DNA of 64,000 nt from Eledone cirrhosa (GCA_964016885.1 OZ024755.1:19592001-19656000); one strand, 5' to 3'. Counted from the stretch's first letter, positions 43,271-55,710 are shown. Numbers and translations: made by a program. The notes: a model not told the origin generated them from the sequence alone.

Positions 43271-43900
43271 ACACCACTACAACCACCAGTACACCAACAC
43301 CACCACCACCAGTAATACCACCACCACCACCACCAGTAACACCAACACCACCACCACCAGTAACACCACCACCACCACCACCAGTAACACCACCACCACC
43401 ACCACCAGTAACACCAACACCACCACCACCAGTAATACCACCACCACCACCACCAGTAACACCAACACCACCACCACCAGTAATACCACCACCACCACCA
43501 CCAGTAACACCAACACCACCACCACCACCACCACCACCACCACCAGTAACACCAACACCACCACCACCAGTAATACCACCACCACCACCACCAGTAACAC
43601 CAACACCACCACCACCAGTAATACCAACACCACCACCACCAGTAACACCACTACCACCACCACCACCACCAGTAACACCAACACCACCAGTAACACCAAC
43701 ACCACCACCACCAGTAACACCAACACCACCACCACAACCACCAGTAACACCAACACTACCACCACCACCACCACCACCAGTAACACCAATAACACCAATA
43801 TCACCACCTCCAGCATTACCAACACCTCCAGCAACAGCAGTAACAACAACACGACGCCCACCACCACCACACCACCACTAACAACAGCAACAGCAACAAC
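43271..43900. repeat. (CAC)n-CAGTAA-CACCAA short-period degenerate repeat
   Basis: Variable units of about 21-30 bp on the right of the satellite. Confidence 0.9.
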
Positions 43901-44244
43901 ACTCATAAAGCAACATATTGTTTTGATCAGCTGTCAGATATTTTGTAGATGACTTATAAGAACATTTTTTTGCTCCATCCTCTTCCCTTCTCACCTTGAT
44001 TTCACTTCAGCATCTTAGTAACACTCGACTGTACATACATCAGATATATACTGGGATACTGGGGTAATGGTGCTTCCAGTGATACTGATGCCTGTGTTTC
44101 GATACTTGCAGCTGGTATTGCAAACAACCTCCACTACGTCTACACATAACTATAATCCACTATTACTAAGAAATAAACTGTATATATATATATATATATA
44201 TACAATATTAAATAAATGGAAAACTATATTTATAAAACCATATT

Positions 44245-44310
44245 TATTTCATTATATATATTTCGGGGATATCATATTAACAATATGCTATGCCTTCATC
44301 AGACAAAATA
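44245..44310 (-). ncRNA. Mirror copy of the same hammerhead in the left arm
   Basis: Reverse complement of 44498-44563 (TATTTCAT-TA-TATATA-TTTC...TCATCAG-ACAAAATA). Confidence 0.8.
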
Positions 44311-44497
44311 CAATATAAACAGTTTTATAGATAAATATATTCGACATACCGTAATAAACATCAACTTCATTTGAAGAGGTTTACTCTAGCAGAGTAAACC
44401 TCTTCAAATGTTACTCTGCTAGAGTAAACCTCTTCAAATGAAGTTGATGTTTATTACAGTATGTCGAATATATTTATCTATAAAACTGTTTATATTG

Positions 44498-44563
44498 TAT
44501 TTTGTCTGATGAAGGCATAGCATATTGTTAATATGATATCCCCGAAATATATATAATGAAATA
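44498..44563 (+). ncRNA. Type I hammerhead motif in the right arm of a 197-bp inverted repeat
   Basis: TATTTTGT-CTGATGA-(A)GGCATAGCATATT-GTT-AATATGATATCCC(C)-GAAA-TATATA-TA-ATGAAATA. Stem I is 8 bp with two G-U pairs; stem II pairs 11 of 13. Confidence 0.8.
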
Positions 44564-44691
44564 AATATGGTTTTATAAATATAGTTTTCCATTTATTTAA
44601 TATTGTAAATATACTCCAAATATTTGTCGAGTGCTTTTATATCAGTTATAAATATTTACTAGTTGTAACCCAACAATTTTAAATATAACTT

Positions 44692-44722
<31 letters not shown>

Positions 44723-44726
<4 letters not shown>

Positions 44727-44931
44727 GAACGAGTAGGACCCCGACGGCTGAGCTCAAGCCGTTTCGACGGCTAATTCTGGATTATTTTTTTAGTCCAGAA
44801 TTAGCCGTCGAAACGGCTTGAGCTCAGCCGTCGGGGTCCTACTCGTTCCTATTACCCACTCTACTACCCTAAGTATCGAGTACTCTGGTGCGTTATGGTT
44901 CACCTGGTTCCTTACCACACTTTCTTTGTTT
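44723..44931 (+). mobile_element. Family C fold-back copy within (TA)n
   Basis: Near-perfect inverted repeat 44723-44852 (about 59-bp arms) followed by the family tail. Diverged relatives lie at about 45053-45140 (+) and 49055-49130 (-). Confidence 0.85.
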
Positions 44932-44940
44932 ATATATATT

Positions 44941-45053
<113 letters not shown>

Positions 45054-45159
45054 TGAATTAGCTGTCGAAGCAGCAAGTCAGGCCTCGACTCTTTCTAATA
45101 TAGTTACACTCTACTATCCCAAGTATCGAGTACTCTGTTGAACAATAGTGAAATCCTAA

Positions 45160-45194
<35 letters not shown>

Positions 45195-45285
45195 ATATAT
45201 ATTATATATAAACTCACTCTCTTTTAAGCGTGAAACTAATAGGACTTTGTTAATGCATCCTCTTGTTTGTTCGTCTCTTCTTTCC

Positions 45286-45333
<48 letters not shown>

Positions 45334-45357
45334 AATGGAAGTTCAGCATAATCGAAG

Positions 45358-45394
<37 letters not shown>

Positions 45395-45674
45395 AATGGA
45401 AGTTCAGCATAATCGAAGCTATATATATATATATGTATATATACAAATGACGTATCCATTTTAGTCGGGTTAATGAAAGCGATTATACTATTGATCTAAA
45501 GTCGCACATAAAAAGAGAATTATAAAAGTCGAATATAATCAATTAAAATTTATTGCTGTAACAGGAGCATGCTGCAGGATCCACCTTCTTTCATGAAAAT
45601 GTGGGTTATCTCTCTTTAATCTACTTGTCACCATGACATTGTAAGGTCACTCATTCGCTTTTATTATTATGAAA

Positions 45675-46042
45675 TTGGCAGTATCGGTAGAGAGTCGGAC
45701 ACCAGGCTTTGAAGCAGAGAGTTACGTCCCTTGCAATTCTGAGTTCAAATCCCGCCGAGGTTAACTTTGCCTTTCATCCTTACGGGGTCGATAAAATAAA
45801 GTACCAGTAATGTACTGATTAATTGCTGGCCTTGTGCCCAAAATAGAAACAATTATTATGAAAATGGCCTTGTTCCTAAATCAGAAGCCATTTGCAGCAT
45901 AGAGTTATGGCGCTTTACGATTTGAGTTCAAATCCCGCCGAGGTTAACTTTGCCTTTCATCCCTACGGGGTCGATAAAATAAACCACCAGTAATTCACTG
46001 GGGTAATTGCTGGCCTTGTGACAAAAGCAGAAACAATTATTA
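45675..46042 (+). mobile_element. Two tandem SINE A copies
   Basis: Copies at about 45675-45852 and 45890-46042. TTATTATGAA recurs at the boundaries. Confidence 0.9.
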
Positions 46043-47850
46043 TGAAGATCACATGTTATGAATTTTTTCCTGAGTAACATAGGACATTTATACAATAATA
46101 TTTGTATTATGGAATTATGTAGGGTACAGCATGGAAATTCCCACCCCATCCGAGTCAATAATTCTGGTTCCAAACCAGAAACTGTTCTTCACAACTTAAG
46201 CCAGTGGGGACAGCATGAATTCAAGCTGCAATGAAGATACATGTCGTTGAAGAATTTTCTGTGCTCTTTTATACCCAAATATTTGAAGTGACAAGAATTG
46301 ACTTTTAATTTAATCATTTATTAAATGTATTAGTGATATGTTGGACCAAAGAGGACGAGAAAAAATATTGGAAAAACAAAGGAGAGAAAGGAAGGGAGGG
46401 GCAGATTCTACACCCTCTGACTAAGCGGTATATTTCAGCAAAAGCCACTGTCAAGGAGAACATCCAGCGTCTTCCGCTGCACCAGCCATTCCATTTTAGA
46501 AGGAGCGCCTTCTTCTGGTAGGATACACTGAAATGTTTGAATGATAATCAGCTTTCAACTTTTGCACATATTTCTATCTACCACACACACACACACAGCA
46601 CTCTCTGCTCCCTGACAAGACTAACGCGTAGAGAGGGTATTTGAATAACAATCTCTTGATTTATTAGGAATTCTGGTCTTCCGATTTTTTTTTTTTGGAG
46701 CGAACAATTCACTATGGATTAACCAATGATAACATTTCCCAAATAGCTGCTGAACTTGCTAAATATTGCAGCAGGCTATCAAATATCAACTAGTAACTTC
46801 CATATCATTTTCACGATCAATAAAATAAGTGCCTGCAATATGCAGTGACTCTCTATAAAAACATGGTACTGTGCTTAGTCAAAATATATCATTATTTTAT
46901 TTTCACTCAACAAATTTATTTAGTTGGATTGAACGCTTTAACAAGAATTTGTTATTCAATGACAAATGATATCCCACTGGGTGAAAACTTCTGCTGCCTG
47001 TCAAATATTGCATGTTTGTTTAAAAAAAAAAAAGGAAACCCAACACAAACAACACTAATGTACGAGTCAAAATCTATGATAATGGAATGTGGTGAAGATT
47101 AAATCTCCCTCACTCCCATTTATTTCTCCCTACACATCTCAAATAATAAATGAAATAAAATCAGAATAAATACGGAATAAAATAAATATGAAAATATTGA
47201 GATCAATAAAAAATATTTGATATGGCACTGTAATATTTACTAGTGTTGGAATCTCTACAAATTCCAGACAACTTGGCAACACTGATCACATCTTATACTT
47301 TTAGATATTAAATTGAATTGGATGACTTGAGCGAGAATGTTCTCATTCTCTCACGGAATGACTTTAACTGTGTTCACCCAGTCAATGAACGGAAGTAGCT
47401 TTGAACGTTCTTATATTTCATTGGTATCCCAACTTCCTCTGTTCCTTCTTATCCATCTTTCTATCTATCAATGTATCTATCTACCCATCTATCTAACCAA
47501 CCATCTATTCATCTATCTAACCAACCATCTACCCATCGATCCATCTATCAATCTATCTATCCATCTATCTATCTATCTAACCAACCATCTATTTATCTAT
47601 CTATCTATTTATATATAGAAGGGTTGCACACTTTTTTTCGGGGGTGTGTGGGACCCCCCAAGGCGCCTCCTCTCTATTGAGGACTTTGTTATAAATTTTA
47701 TTTTTTGTTATATTTTATTTTATTTTTATATATTGTTATTGCTTCCTCCTTATTGAGGACGCCTTGTTTTGTAAACTCCCCCCATTGTACTTGTCCCACT
47801 TTTGATGCCCTGGTGGCAAATAAAAGAAACATATCTATTTATATATCCAT

Positions 47851-48455
47851 CCATTTGTACACTGCCCGGGCGTTACCGACCTGTGGGGCTATGTAGAACG
47901 ACTATTGTGGGTGGAACCAATCCAGTTGACCACCGAGTCCATTGTCATGACCAAACCGCCACCCTCCTTCAAAAACGAAGGAGAGGCGGTTTTCCTATGT
48001 GTTATGGCTATGGTGAAAGAGGTTATATGGTGGACGAGGTTAAAAGGGCTGAGGTCAGACACCTTTCTCTCCGGCGAGCAACTGATTCGTTTTTTCAAAT
48101 ATCATTTTGGAAGAAGAATCAGGATGGAGAGAGAGGTGCTGTACCCCAGCAAATTTTATAAAAGGTGGGTGAATGTGGCAAAGATGGCCCGAGTGGTTGG
48201 GCCTTCTCTCTATATCAGCCTGGAGGTTGAGGAAACAGAGGAAGAGAGGAAAGGAGGACTTACTCTTGGTGCTCCTGGAGATGAGGGTTGTACATTTTTT
48301 CGGGGTGTGTACAACCTCTGTGTAACGCCTCCCCCCATTGGGATTTGAATTGTTATTTGTTATTTTATTAATAGTTTTATTTTCATATACCTGTATGTAA
48401 ACTCCCCATTTGTATTTGTCCCCTTCTTTTGTGCCCTTCTGGCTAATAAAGAAAT
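47851..48455 (+). mobile_element. Tx1/L1-like LINE 3' fragment in a (TCTA)n-like tract; second 3'-UTR copy at about 47598-47830
   Basis: Open frame FVHCPGVTDLWGYVE..AMVKEVIWWTR..F..RW, which fits the end of a zinc knuckle plus a Tx1-like tail. Both copies end ..TGTAAACTCCC..TTTG.TGCCC..AATAAA(A)GAAA. Confidence 0.65.
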
Positions 48456-48825
48456 TTATCTATCTATCCATCCATCTATCAATCTATCTATGCATCTATC
48501 TAACCAACCATCTATCTATTTATCTAACCATCTATCTTTTCAACTCAATATCTATCTTTCTATCTAGCTATCTATGCGTGTGTTGTTGTTGTTGTTGGAT
48601 ATCTGTCGTTTCCGACTAGAAGTGCTCCAGATTCAACCAACGGAATTACCTTATCGAGAAATTAATATGTAAGTGGTTGGACACAGACACACACACATGC
48701 TGACTAATGCTAATTACTATAGGTTCTATCTGTTACAATACTCAATGCTTTTACGTGAGTTGCATATTCAGTATTAAAAGTGTGGATTAATACTGACTTT
48801 TATTTTACTACTGTCACCCCCCCCC

Positions 48826-48867
<42 letters not shown>

Positions 48868-49881
48868 GAAAGTGTGCACTCTGACCAGCTGGGTTAGAAT
48901 CTTAATAATACGAACTTAATTGGTCATTGAGTTAGTGAGGAAACGATCGAAGCTATGTCCTTTCTATTTGACATACTTCGCCTCTGAGTTACACCCCCCC
49001 CATATATATATATATCAGGATTATACCAGTTTTAAACAAGTAAGACCGTTATTCAGCAGAGTACTTGATACTTGGGATAGTAGAGTGTAAATATAATACA
49101 GAGTTGGGTCCCGACGGTAGAGCTAATTCTATATAGATTTGTTGAGGTAAGTCAAATCTATGGCCTGTTAATCAGGAGTATTTCATGTATGATCACAAGG
49201 TCACCATTCGCAGAAATCTGGAAAACTACACAACAAGTGTCATTTCTAAATCTAGTGCAAATTTTTACATTTTTTCTCAGACGCTTCTATTGATTTACAG
49301 TTGATTTTCCATTTAACAGAAAGTAAAATACTATTGCTGTGACATTTAATCTATATGTACGCAAAAGCACACACACATACATCTATATACATGCATGCAC
49401 ATACCATCAGCTTTATAGGTCGTTACATCCATCGTATTGAAGCTTGTTGATATATTTTTGTTATATTTTTCTACTTTTCCATTGAATCTTTTCACCTGCC
49501 AATCAACGTTTAACTCCATGCTGACGTGATGATGAATGGAAAAAAATTGAATCCATTTTGAACTCAATTCCTAACTCTATAATCGAAACGGTTTCAGCTG
49601 AACTGTAGGGCTTACCTATCTTGTCATATGTATATATATATATATATAGCAATAATAATAATAAATGTGAAGACTAAAATCCAAAGAGGGCGTTCACAGA
49701 TTGATATTTTTAATTTCAGAAGATCCCGTTAAGGCTGAAAGCAGCGATTCTTTGCTTAAACTTTAATCTGTTATTTTAATGTATGTATGTATGTATGTAT
49801 GTATGTATGTATGTATGTATGTATGTATGTATGTATGTATGTATGTATGTATGTATGTATGTATGTATGTATGTATGTATT

Positions 49882-50522
49882 ATGTCAGGTCACCAGTTGG
49901 TGCTACTGGTAACATGTATCCCAGTACAACCTGTCTCATGGTCGGGTCGTTGGCGACTAAACTGGCAACCCCACCAAGGTTTCTTGGTGAGGAGGGTGAC
50001 TTTGGACATCCTGCAGGACTAAAAACAAAACCTGTCAAAGGGCAAAGGAGCTCTTAAGAGTCAATGGCCATCCAAAATCACCGGGAGAGATGACCCCTTT
50101 AGCCTTAGTCAAGGCAGAATTCTAGGAGAAGGAAAACTCTGATATAACACCTGCAACCCTGATGGTATCCAATGATGTTGACTTGTTCTTCTTTTTGGTA
50201 AATAGCATCTTGGTTAAGAGAGTGGGACTGGCTTTGTGCAGTGCCTTTGCTCACTATAAAAGCTTCACGGCACAGGCATTGCTTTATATCTGGAGATCTC
50301 TCTGCACTTGTCCTCACATGGGCCCAGCACTATGTGTCAATAATTGTCCTACCATGGGCCTAGCACTATGTGTCAATAATTGTCACAGGTGTAGTGTTTG
50401 TACCAGAGGTTTCAAGTCGCTGGCTGGACTAAATAGTCACACTCGTTCAGCGCTTCGGTAGGGGTTATCCTACATGGATGTAAAGTAGTGGCCGTACTCG
50501 AAAACGAGTTGGCAGCCACCAT
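49882..50522 (+). mobile_element. Bipartite non-autonomous RTE-derived element in (ATGT)n
   Basis: RTE-like 5' motif TCTAGGAGAAGGAAAACTCTGA, 3' coding remnant CSVCTRGFKSLAGLNSHTR, and terminal hairpin ACTCG-AAAA-CGAGT. Confidence 0.75.
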
Positions 50523-50528
50523 CCATCC

Positions 50529-50732
50529 ATGTATGTATGTATGTATGTATGTATGTATGTATGTATGTATGTATGTATGTATGTATGTATGTATGTATGT
50601 ATGTATGTATGTATGTATGTATGTATGTATGTATGTATGTATGTATGTATGTATGTATGTATGTATGTATGTATGTATGTATGTATGTATGTATGTATGT
50701 ATGTATGTATGTATGTATGTATGTATGTATGT

Positions 50733-50792
<60 letters not shown>

Positions 50793-50796
50793 TTAT

Positions 50797-50839
<43 letters not shown>

Positions 50840-50845
50840 TATATG
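50529..50845. repeat. (ATGT)n-(GT)n-(TA)n compound microsatellite
   Basis: Direct reading of the sequence; another (ATGT)n lies at 49779-49880. Confidence 0.95.
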
Positions 50846-51178
50846 ATGGCTGCAACTCGATTTCGAGTAATGCCATCGCTTGATACTCAAGCACAAGCAT
50901 CACGGGCGTAGCTTTTAAGTCCTGCCAGGGACTTGCATATGGCCAGCAATACCAAGCATAACAAAAAATGTCACATATCAAACGATGCCTGTGCTTGAAG
51001 CTCTTTTAAGTGAGGAAAGGCTTTGCATGGGGGCCAATCCCACTCCCTGAACATGAAATTCATTTGTCCAAACAGAAGAACTGATCTACATTATTGGATG
51101 CAAACGACGTCGCAGGTTTTATATCAGACTGGCCTTCTCCTAGAGAGATATCTTAATGAACACTAGGAGTCTCTCGCA
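50846..51178 (-). mobile_element. Second copy of the bipartite RTE-derived family
   Basis: Minus strand reads TCTAGGAGAAGG..TGATATAAAACCTGC..GTGGGATTGG..CACAGGCAT..ACTCGAAATCGAGTTGCAGCCA. Confidence 0.7.
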
Positions 51179-52119
51179 CTCCAAAAGAAAGAAACTATGT
51201 AACAGCAGTGAAATTACCTGAGGTAGAAGATTAAATACTCACTGATATATGAAATGTGTTTGTGTTATCAGACTGGTAACATTTAATCCAGATTTGTATG
51301 GGCTGGGGACAGAATTCAAGTACAAGGTGTTGAAGCCACACAAAATCATATCATGCAATAAATATATCTAGACCCCCTCCCCACACACACAAACAAACAC
51401 ATACACACACACACTAAGAAAGAAATAGAGAGGGAGAGAGACAGAGAAAAGAAAGGTGATAAAGAATGTACACTTCGTGAATATGCTCTAAGGAAAAAAA
51501 AAATCATATGTTTCAAACAAAACTTGAGCTATACATCTTTTATAAAGATGTATAGCACTTCTTGTGTATAGCATATAACCTATACACATATATACATACG
51601 TACATACACAGATATATATACACAGATATATATACACATATATACATACGTACATACACAGATAGATATACACATACGTACATACATAAATAGATATACA
51701 CACACATTATATATAAACACACACACACACACATATATATATATACACGCACCTGCATTCATAGAATATAAGTGAACATTCGTACATAAATAAATACACC
51801 TGCTCTTATGACAACTTACAAAACAGTAGACTCTCTGGTTCCATACATTTGCAGCAATATCTCTCATGCGTGTTGCTTTGACAGCCTGGAGTGCGTCTGC
51901 CAGATAGTGACGAACTAATGGTGTTGCAAAATTGGCAGCTTTAAAACGCATATACAATAGAAATTTCTTCAACAAACAGACTTACATGAAGCATCCGTAT
52001 TTACTTCGTAAGACAAATGCAAAAACCGCCAGCATAAATCCTTTCTAGTTAATATAAGGCAAACACATCAAAAATTTCGTACAGAGACGTAGCAAAAAGC
52101 AAGCATTCTCCAAAATTGC

Positions 52120-52166
<47 letters not shown>

Positions 52167-52424
52167 GAGAGAGATGCGGAGTAAACGTTAAGGTTGATGT
52201 TAGATAATTGTATTCATTGAATACGTATGTCAGTGACACCAGTGTGGAGCTGTTAAGCAATCAATACACCAGCCACCGGTGTGACATCATCAGATGTTAA
52301 CACAATATATATATATATATATATATTTTTTTAAAAATATTTTTTATATGTTTAATTATGCTAATTGGGAGAGGAAATAGAATTATTAGATAAAATATAT
52401 ACCAAGGACATGATTTATGATTTA

Positions 52425-52499
<75 letters not shown>

Positions 52500-52516
<17 letters not shown>

Positions 52517-52726
52517 ACGAAAATGTCTGTCTGTCTGTCTGATTTCGTTCAAATTTGATACATAGGTTATTTAGCTCCCGGTTCATGTCAACATCTAGTT
52601 TAAATCTTTCTCTCCCCTCAAATAGCGGAGTTCTTGGGTCGTTTAAAGACGGCCATATTGAGCAGAGACGGGGTCGTTATTTACATTGGCAAAATGTTTA
52701 CCCGACAACGACGGGCTTATTTGCTA

Positions 52727-52727
<1 letters not shown>
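52500..52727 (+). mobile_element. Short non-autonomous Helitron-like element
   Basis: 3' hairpin CCCG-ACAACGA-CGGG followed 8 nt later by CTAG|T; 5' region (TA)n-GAAAACGAAAATG(TCTG)n. Confidence 0.6.
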
Positions 52728-52761
<34 letters not shown>

Positions 52762-52769
<8 letters not shown>

Positions 52770-52973
52770 TAACAGATTAAAGTTTAAGCAAAGTATCGCT
52801 GCTTTCACCCTTAACGGGATCTTCTGAACCAGTTAAGGGCGAAAGCAGCGATTCTTTGCTTAAACTTTAATCTGTTATTTTAATAAATATTTCCTCTACG
52901 GTTCTTATATATTTGATATATATTTATCCTTATCGAGCCCTCTTTGGATTTTAGTCTTCAAATTTATTATTAT

Positions 52974-52980
<7 letters not shown>
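52762..52980. mobile_element. Fold-back element in (TA)n (inverted repeat 52762-52885); relative at about 49645-49780
   Basis: Arms are about 54 bp with a 16-nt spacer. GAAAGCAGCGATTCTTTGCTTAAACTTTAATCTG and GAAGACTAAAATCCAAAGAGGGC both recur at 49645-49780 in a different relative orientation. Confidence 0.8.
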
Positions 52981-53010
<30 letters not shown>

Positions 53011-53512
53011 TATAAGGTGTTGTAGTTTGCTTGAAGCATTGTGGAATATGAGATACACATATAACTAGGAAATAAGTTTGTTTATTTGGAAGTTCGGCAA
53101 GGCATATTAGGTAAGAATGTCAAGGTAATAAGAATTAATTATTAAAAATTACTAAGGTAACTTTCTATCGCCCGCACTCTTCTACTTCAGTGAATTTTAT
53201 ACCTATTATATACCTGTCGAAACATCCTCCACTCCCTCCAAGCGTGAACCTAATATAACTCTGTAAAAATTGCCTCCTGTGTTTTGTTTGTTATATATAT
53301 ATATATATATATAATATAGAAAAATAAAACCACGCATATACATATATATATATATGTAGAGGTTATATTTAATTTGTTGGGATACAACAAGCAAAATATT
53401 TTTATAACTGATATAAAGCACTCAACAAATTATTGGAGTAAATATACAATATATTAATGGTTGCATTTTTTCAGGGTATGTCAATTTTTATTTATAAAAC
53501 TAACCTATATTA

Positions 53513-53578
53513 TATTTTATCTGATGAAAGCGCACCATAATTTAATTTGGTGGCCCTTGAAATATGTATAATGAAATA
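53513..53578 (+). ncRNA. Type I hammerhead motif, same family as 44498
   Basis: TATTTTAT-CTGATGA-AAGCGCACCA..TGGTGGCCCTT-GAAA-TATGTA-TA-ATGAAATA. The downstream tail matches 44556-44590, but stem II is a different self-complementary sequence. Confidence 0.8.
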
Positions 53579-53616
53579 AATATGGTTTTATAAATATAGT
53601 TTCCATTTGTTAATAT

Positions 53617-53689
<73 letters not shown>

Positions 53690-53755
53690 CCACGCATTTA
53701 TATAAATATATATATATAAAACCACGCATATATATATATATATATAAAACCACGC

Positions 53756-53786
<31 letters not shown>

Positions 53787-53815
53787 CACGCATATATATA
53801 TATGTATGTATATAC

Positions 53816-53866
<51 letters not shown>

Positions 53867-54271
53867 AGAGAGTGTGTGTGTATATAACACAACGCCAACA
53901 CATATTCGCAGATACACTCCCATCTCCACAAGCACATGCATACTCATCCACTCACACACAAACACACACATACATACACGAACACGTACAAGTATTTATT
54001 ATATTATATTCGCATATCCAATTGCACACCTACTAAAACCATTTCTCATCTGCAGGAATAATATTGCCACCATATGTTTCGGGTGACATCACGCATGCGC
54101 ACACGTGTCCTACTGGCACACTTACACACTCTCTCTATCCCACGCCTCTCTCTCACCCAAATGCATAAACCCCGTTACATACATGTATATTTGTTTGCAT
54201 GCATGTTTGTATATAAATATAGAATAGCATATAAAAATAGCATAGTGTGTAAATATTGAATACACACACAC

Positions 54272-54332
<61 letters not shown>

Positions 54333-54389
54333 AGGTTAGTAATACCTGTGTGTGTATTGGTAGCGTAGTTCACTCGCCCCCTCTCTCTC

Positions 54390-55049
54390 TATAATATATA
54401 TATTCATATATATATATGTATATATGTATATATATATATATACATATATACATACATATATATATATACATATATATATATACATATATACATATATTCA
54501 TATATATATATATACATATATATATATACATATATACATACACATATATATACATACATATACATACACATATATATACATACATATACATACACATATA
54601 TATACATACATATACATACACATATATATATATACATACATATAGATACACACATATATATATATATACATACATATACATACACATATATATATATACA
54701 TACATATACATACACATATATATATATATATACATACATATACATACACATATATATATATATATACATACATATACATATATATATATATATACATACA
54801 TATACATACACATATATATATATATATATACATACATATACATACACATATATATATATATATATATACATACATATACATACACATATATATATATATA
54901 TATACATACATATACATACACATATATATATATATATACACATACATACACATATATATATATATAGATACATATACATACACATATATATATATATATA
55001 TATACACATACATATACATATATATATATATATATATACACATACATAT

Positions 55050-55084
<35 letters not shown>

Positions 55085-55123
55085 CATATACATATATATA
55101 TATATATATATACACATACATAT

Positions 55124-55158
<35 letters not shown>

Positions 55159-55283
55159 CATATACACATATATATATACATACATATACATACACATATA
55201 TATATATACATACATATACATACACATATATATATATACATACACATACATACACATATATATATATACATACACATATATAC

Positions 55284-55366
<83 letters not shown>

Positions 55367-55383
55367 CATACATATACATACAC

Positions 55384-55415
<32 letters not shown>

Positions 55416-55451
55416 ATACACATATATATATACATATATATACACATATAC

Positions 55452-55486
<35 letters not shown>

Positions 55487-55511
55487 CATACACACACACA
55501 CATATATATAT
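54390..55511. repeat. Compound (TA)n/(TACA)n microsatellite field
   Basis: Direct reading of the sequence; similar fields lie at 55650-56160 and 58935-59670. Confidence 0.95.
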
Positions 55512-55710
55512 AACAGGTTCTGAGCGGTAAGTTACGGAGCGATACGCAGTACATGTTGCGTTAATTACTGCCTATATTTAGCGAGAAGTTTTAGTTCAGG
55601 TTTCGTGTTGCACTAAGAACTCCACATGTAGAAAGTCCTTTCACCTCCACACACACACACACACACATATATATTCATGAACACACATATACATATATCC
55701 ATACACACAT

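Larger units (their letters stand above)
44201..44607. repeat. Long inverted repeat: 197-bp arms, 13-nt spacer, nested palindrome
   Basis: 44201-44397 is the reverse complement of 44411-44607, with one mismatch seen. 44368-44410 is itself a palindrome. Confidence 0.95.

Noticed and set aside
32346-43906. Mucin-like or Cys/Gly/Val-rich ORFs
   Set aside because: The 59-bp unit breaks frame every repeat and includes stops, so this is a satellite rather than coding sequence.
47905-48348. 147-aa ORF as a host gene
   Set aside because: It has the features of a 5'-truncated LINE ORF2 C-terminus with a repeated 3' UTR.
52280-52296. Isolated CTGATGA/CTGAAGA words (also near 10250, 16334 and 58755)
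   Set aside because: There is no correctly placed GAAA or flanking stems, and such words are expected by chance.
54370-55554. Long Tyr/Ile/Cys/Val ORFs here and at 20-22 kb and 59 kb
   Set aside because: They are translations of (TA)n/(CA)n microsatellites.
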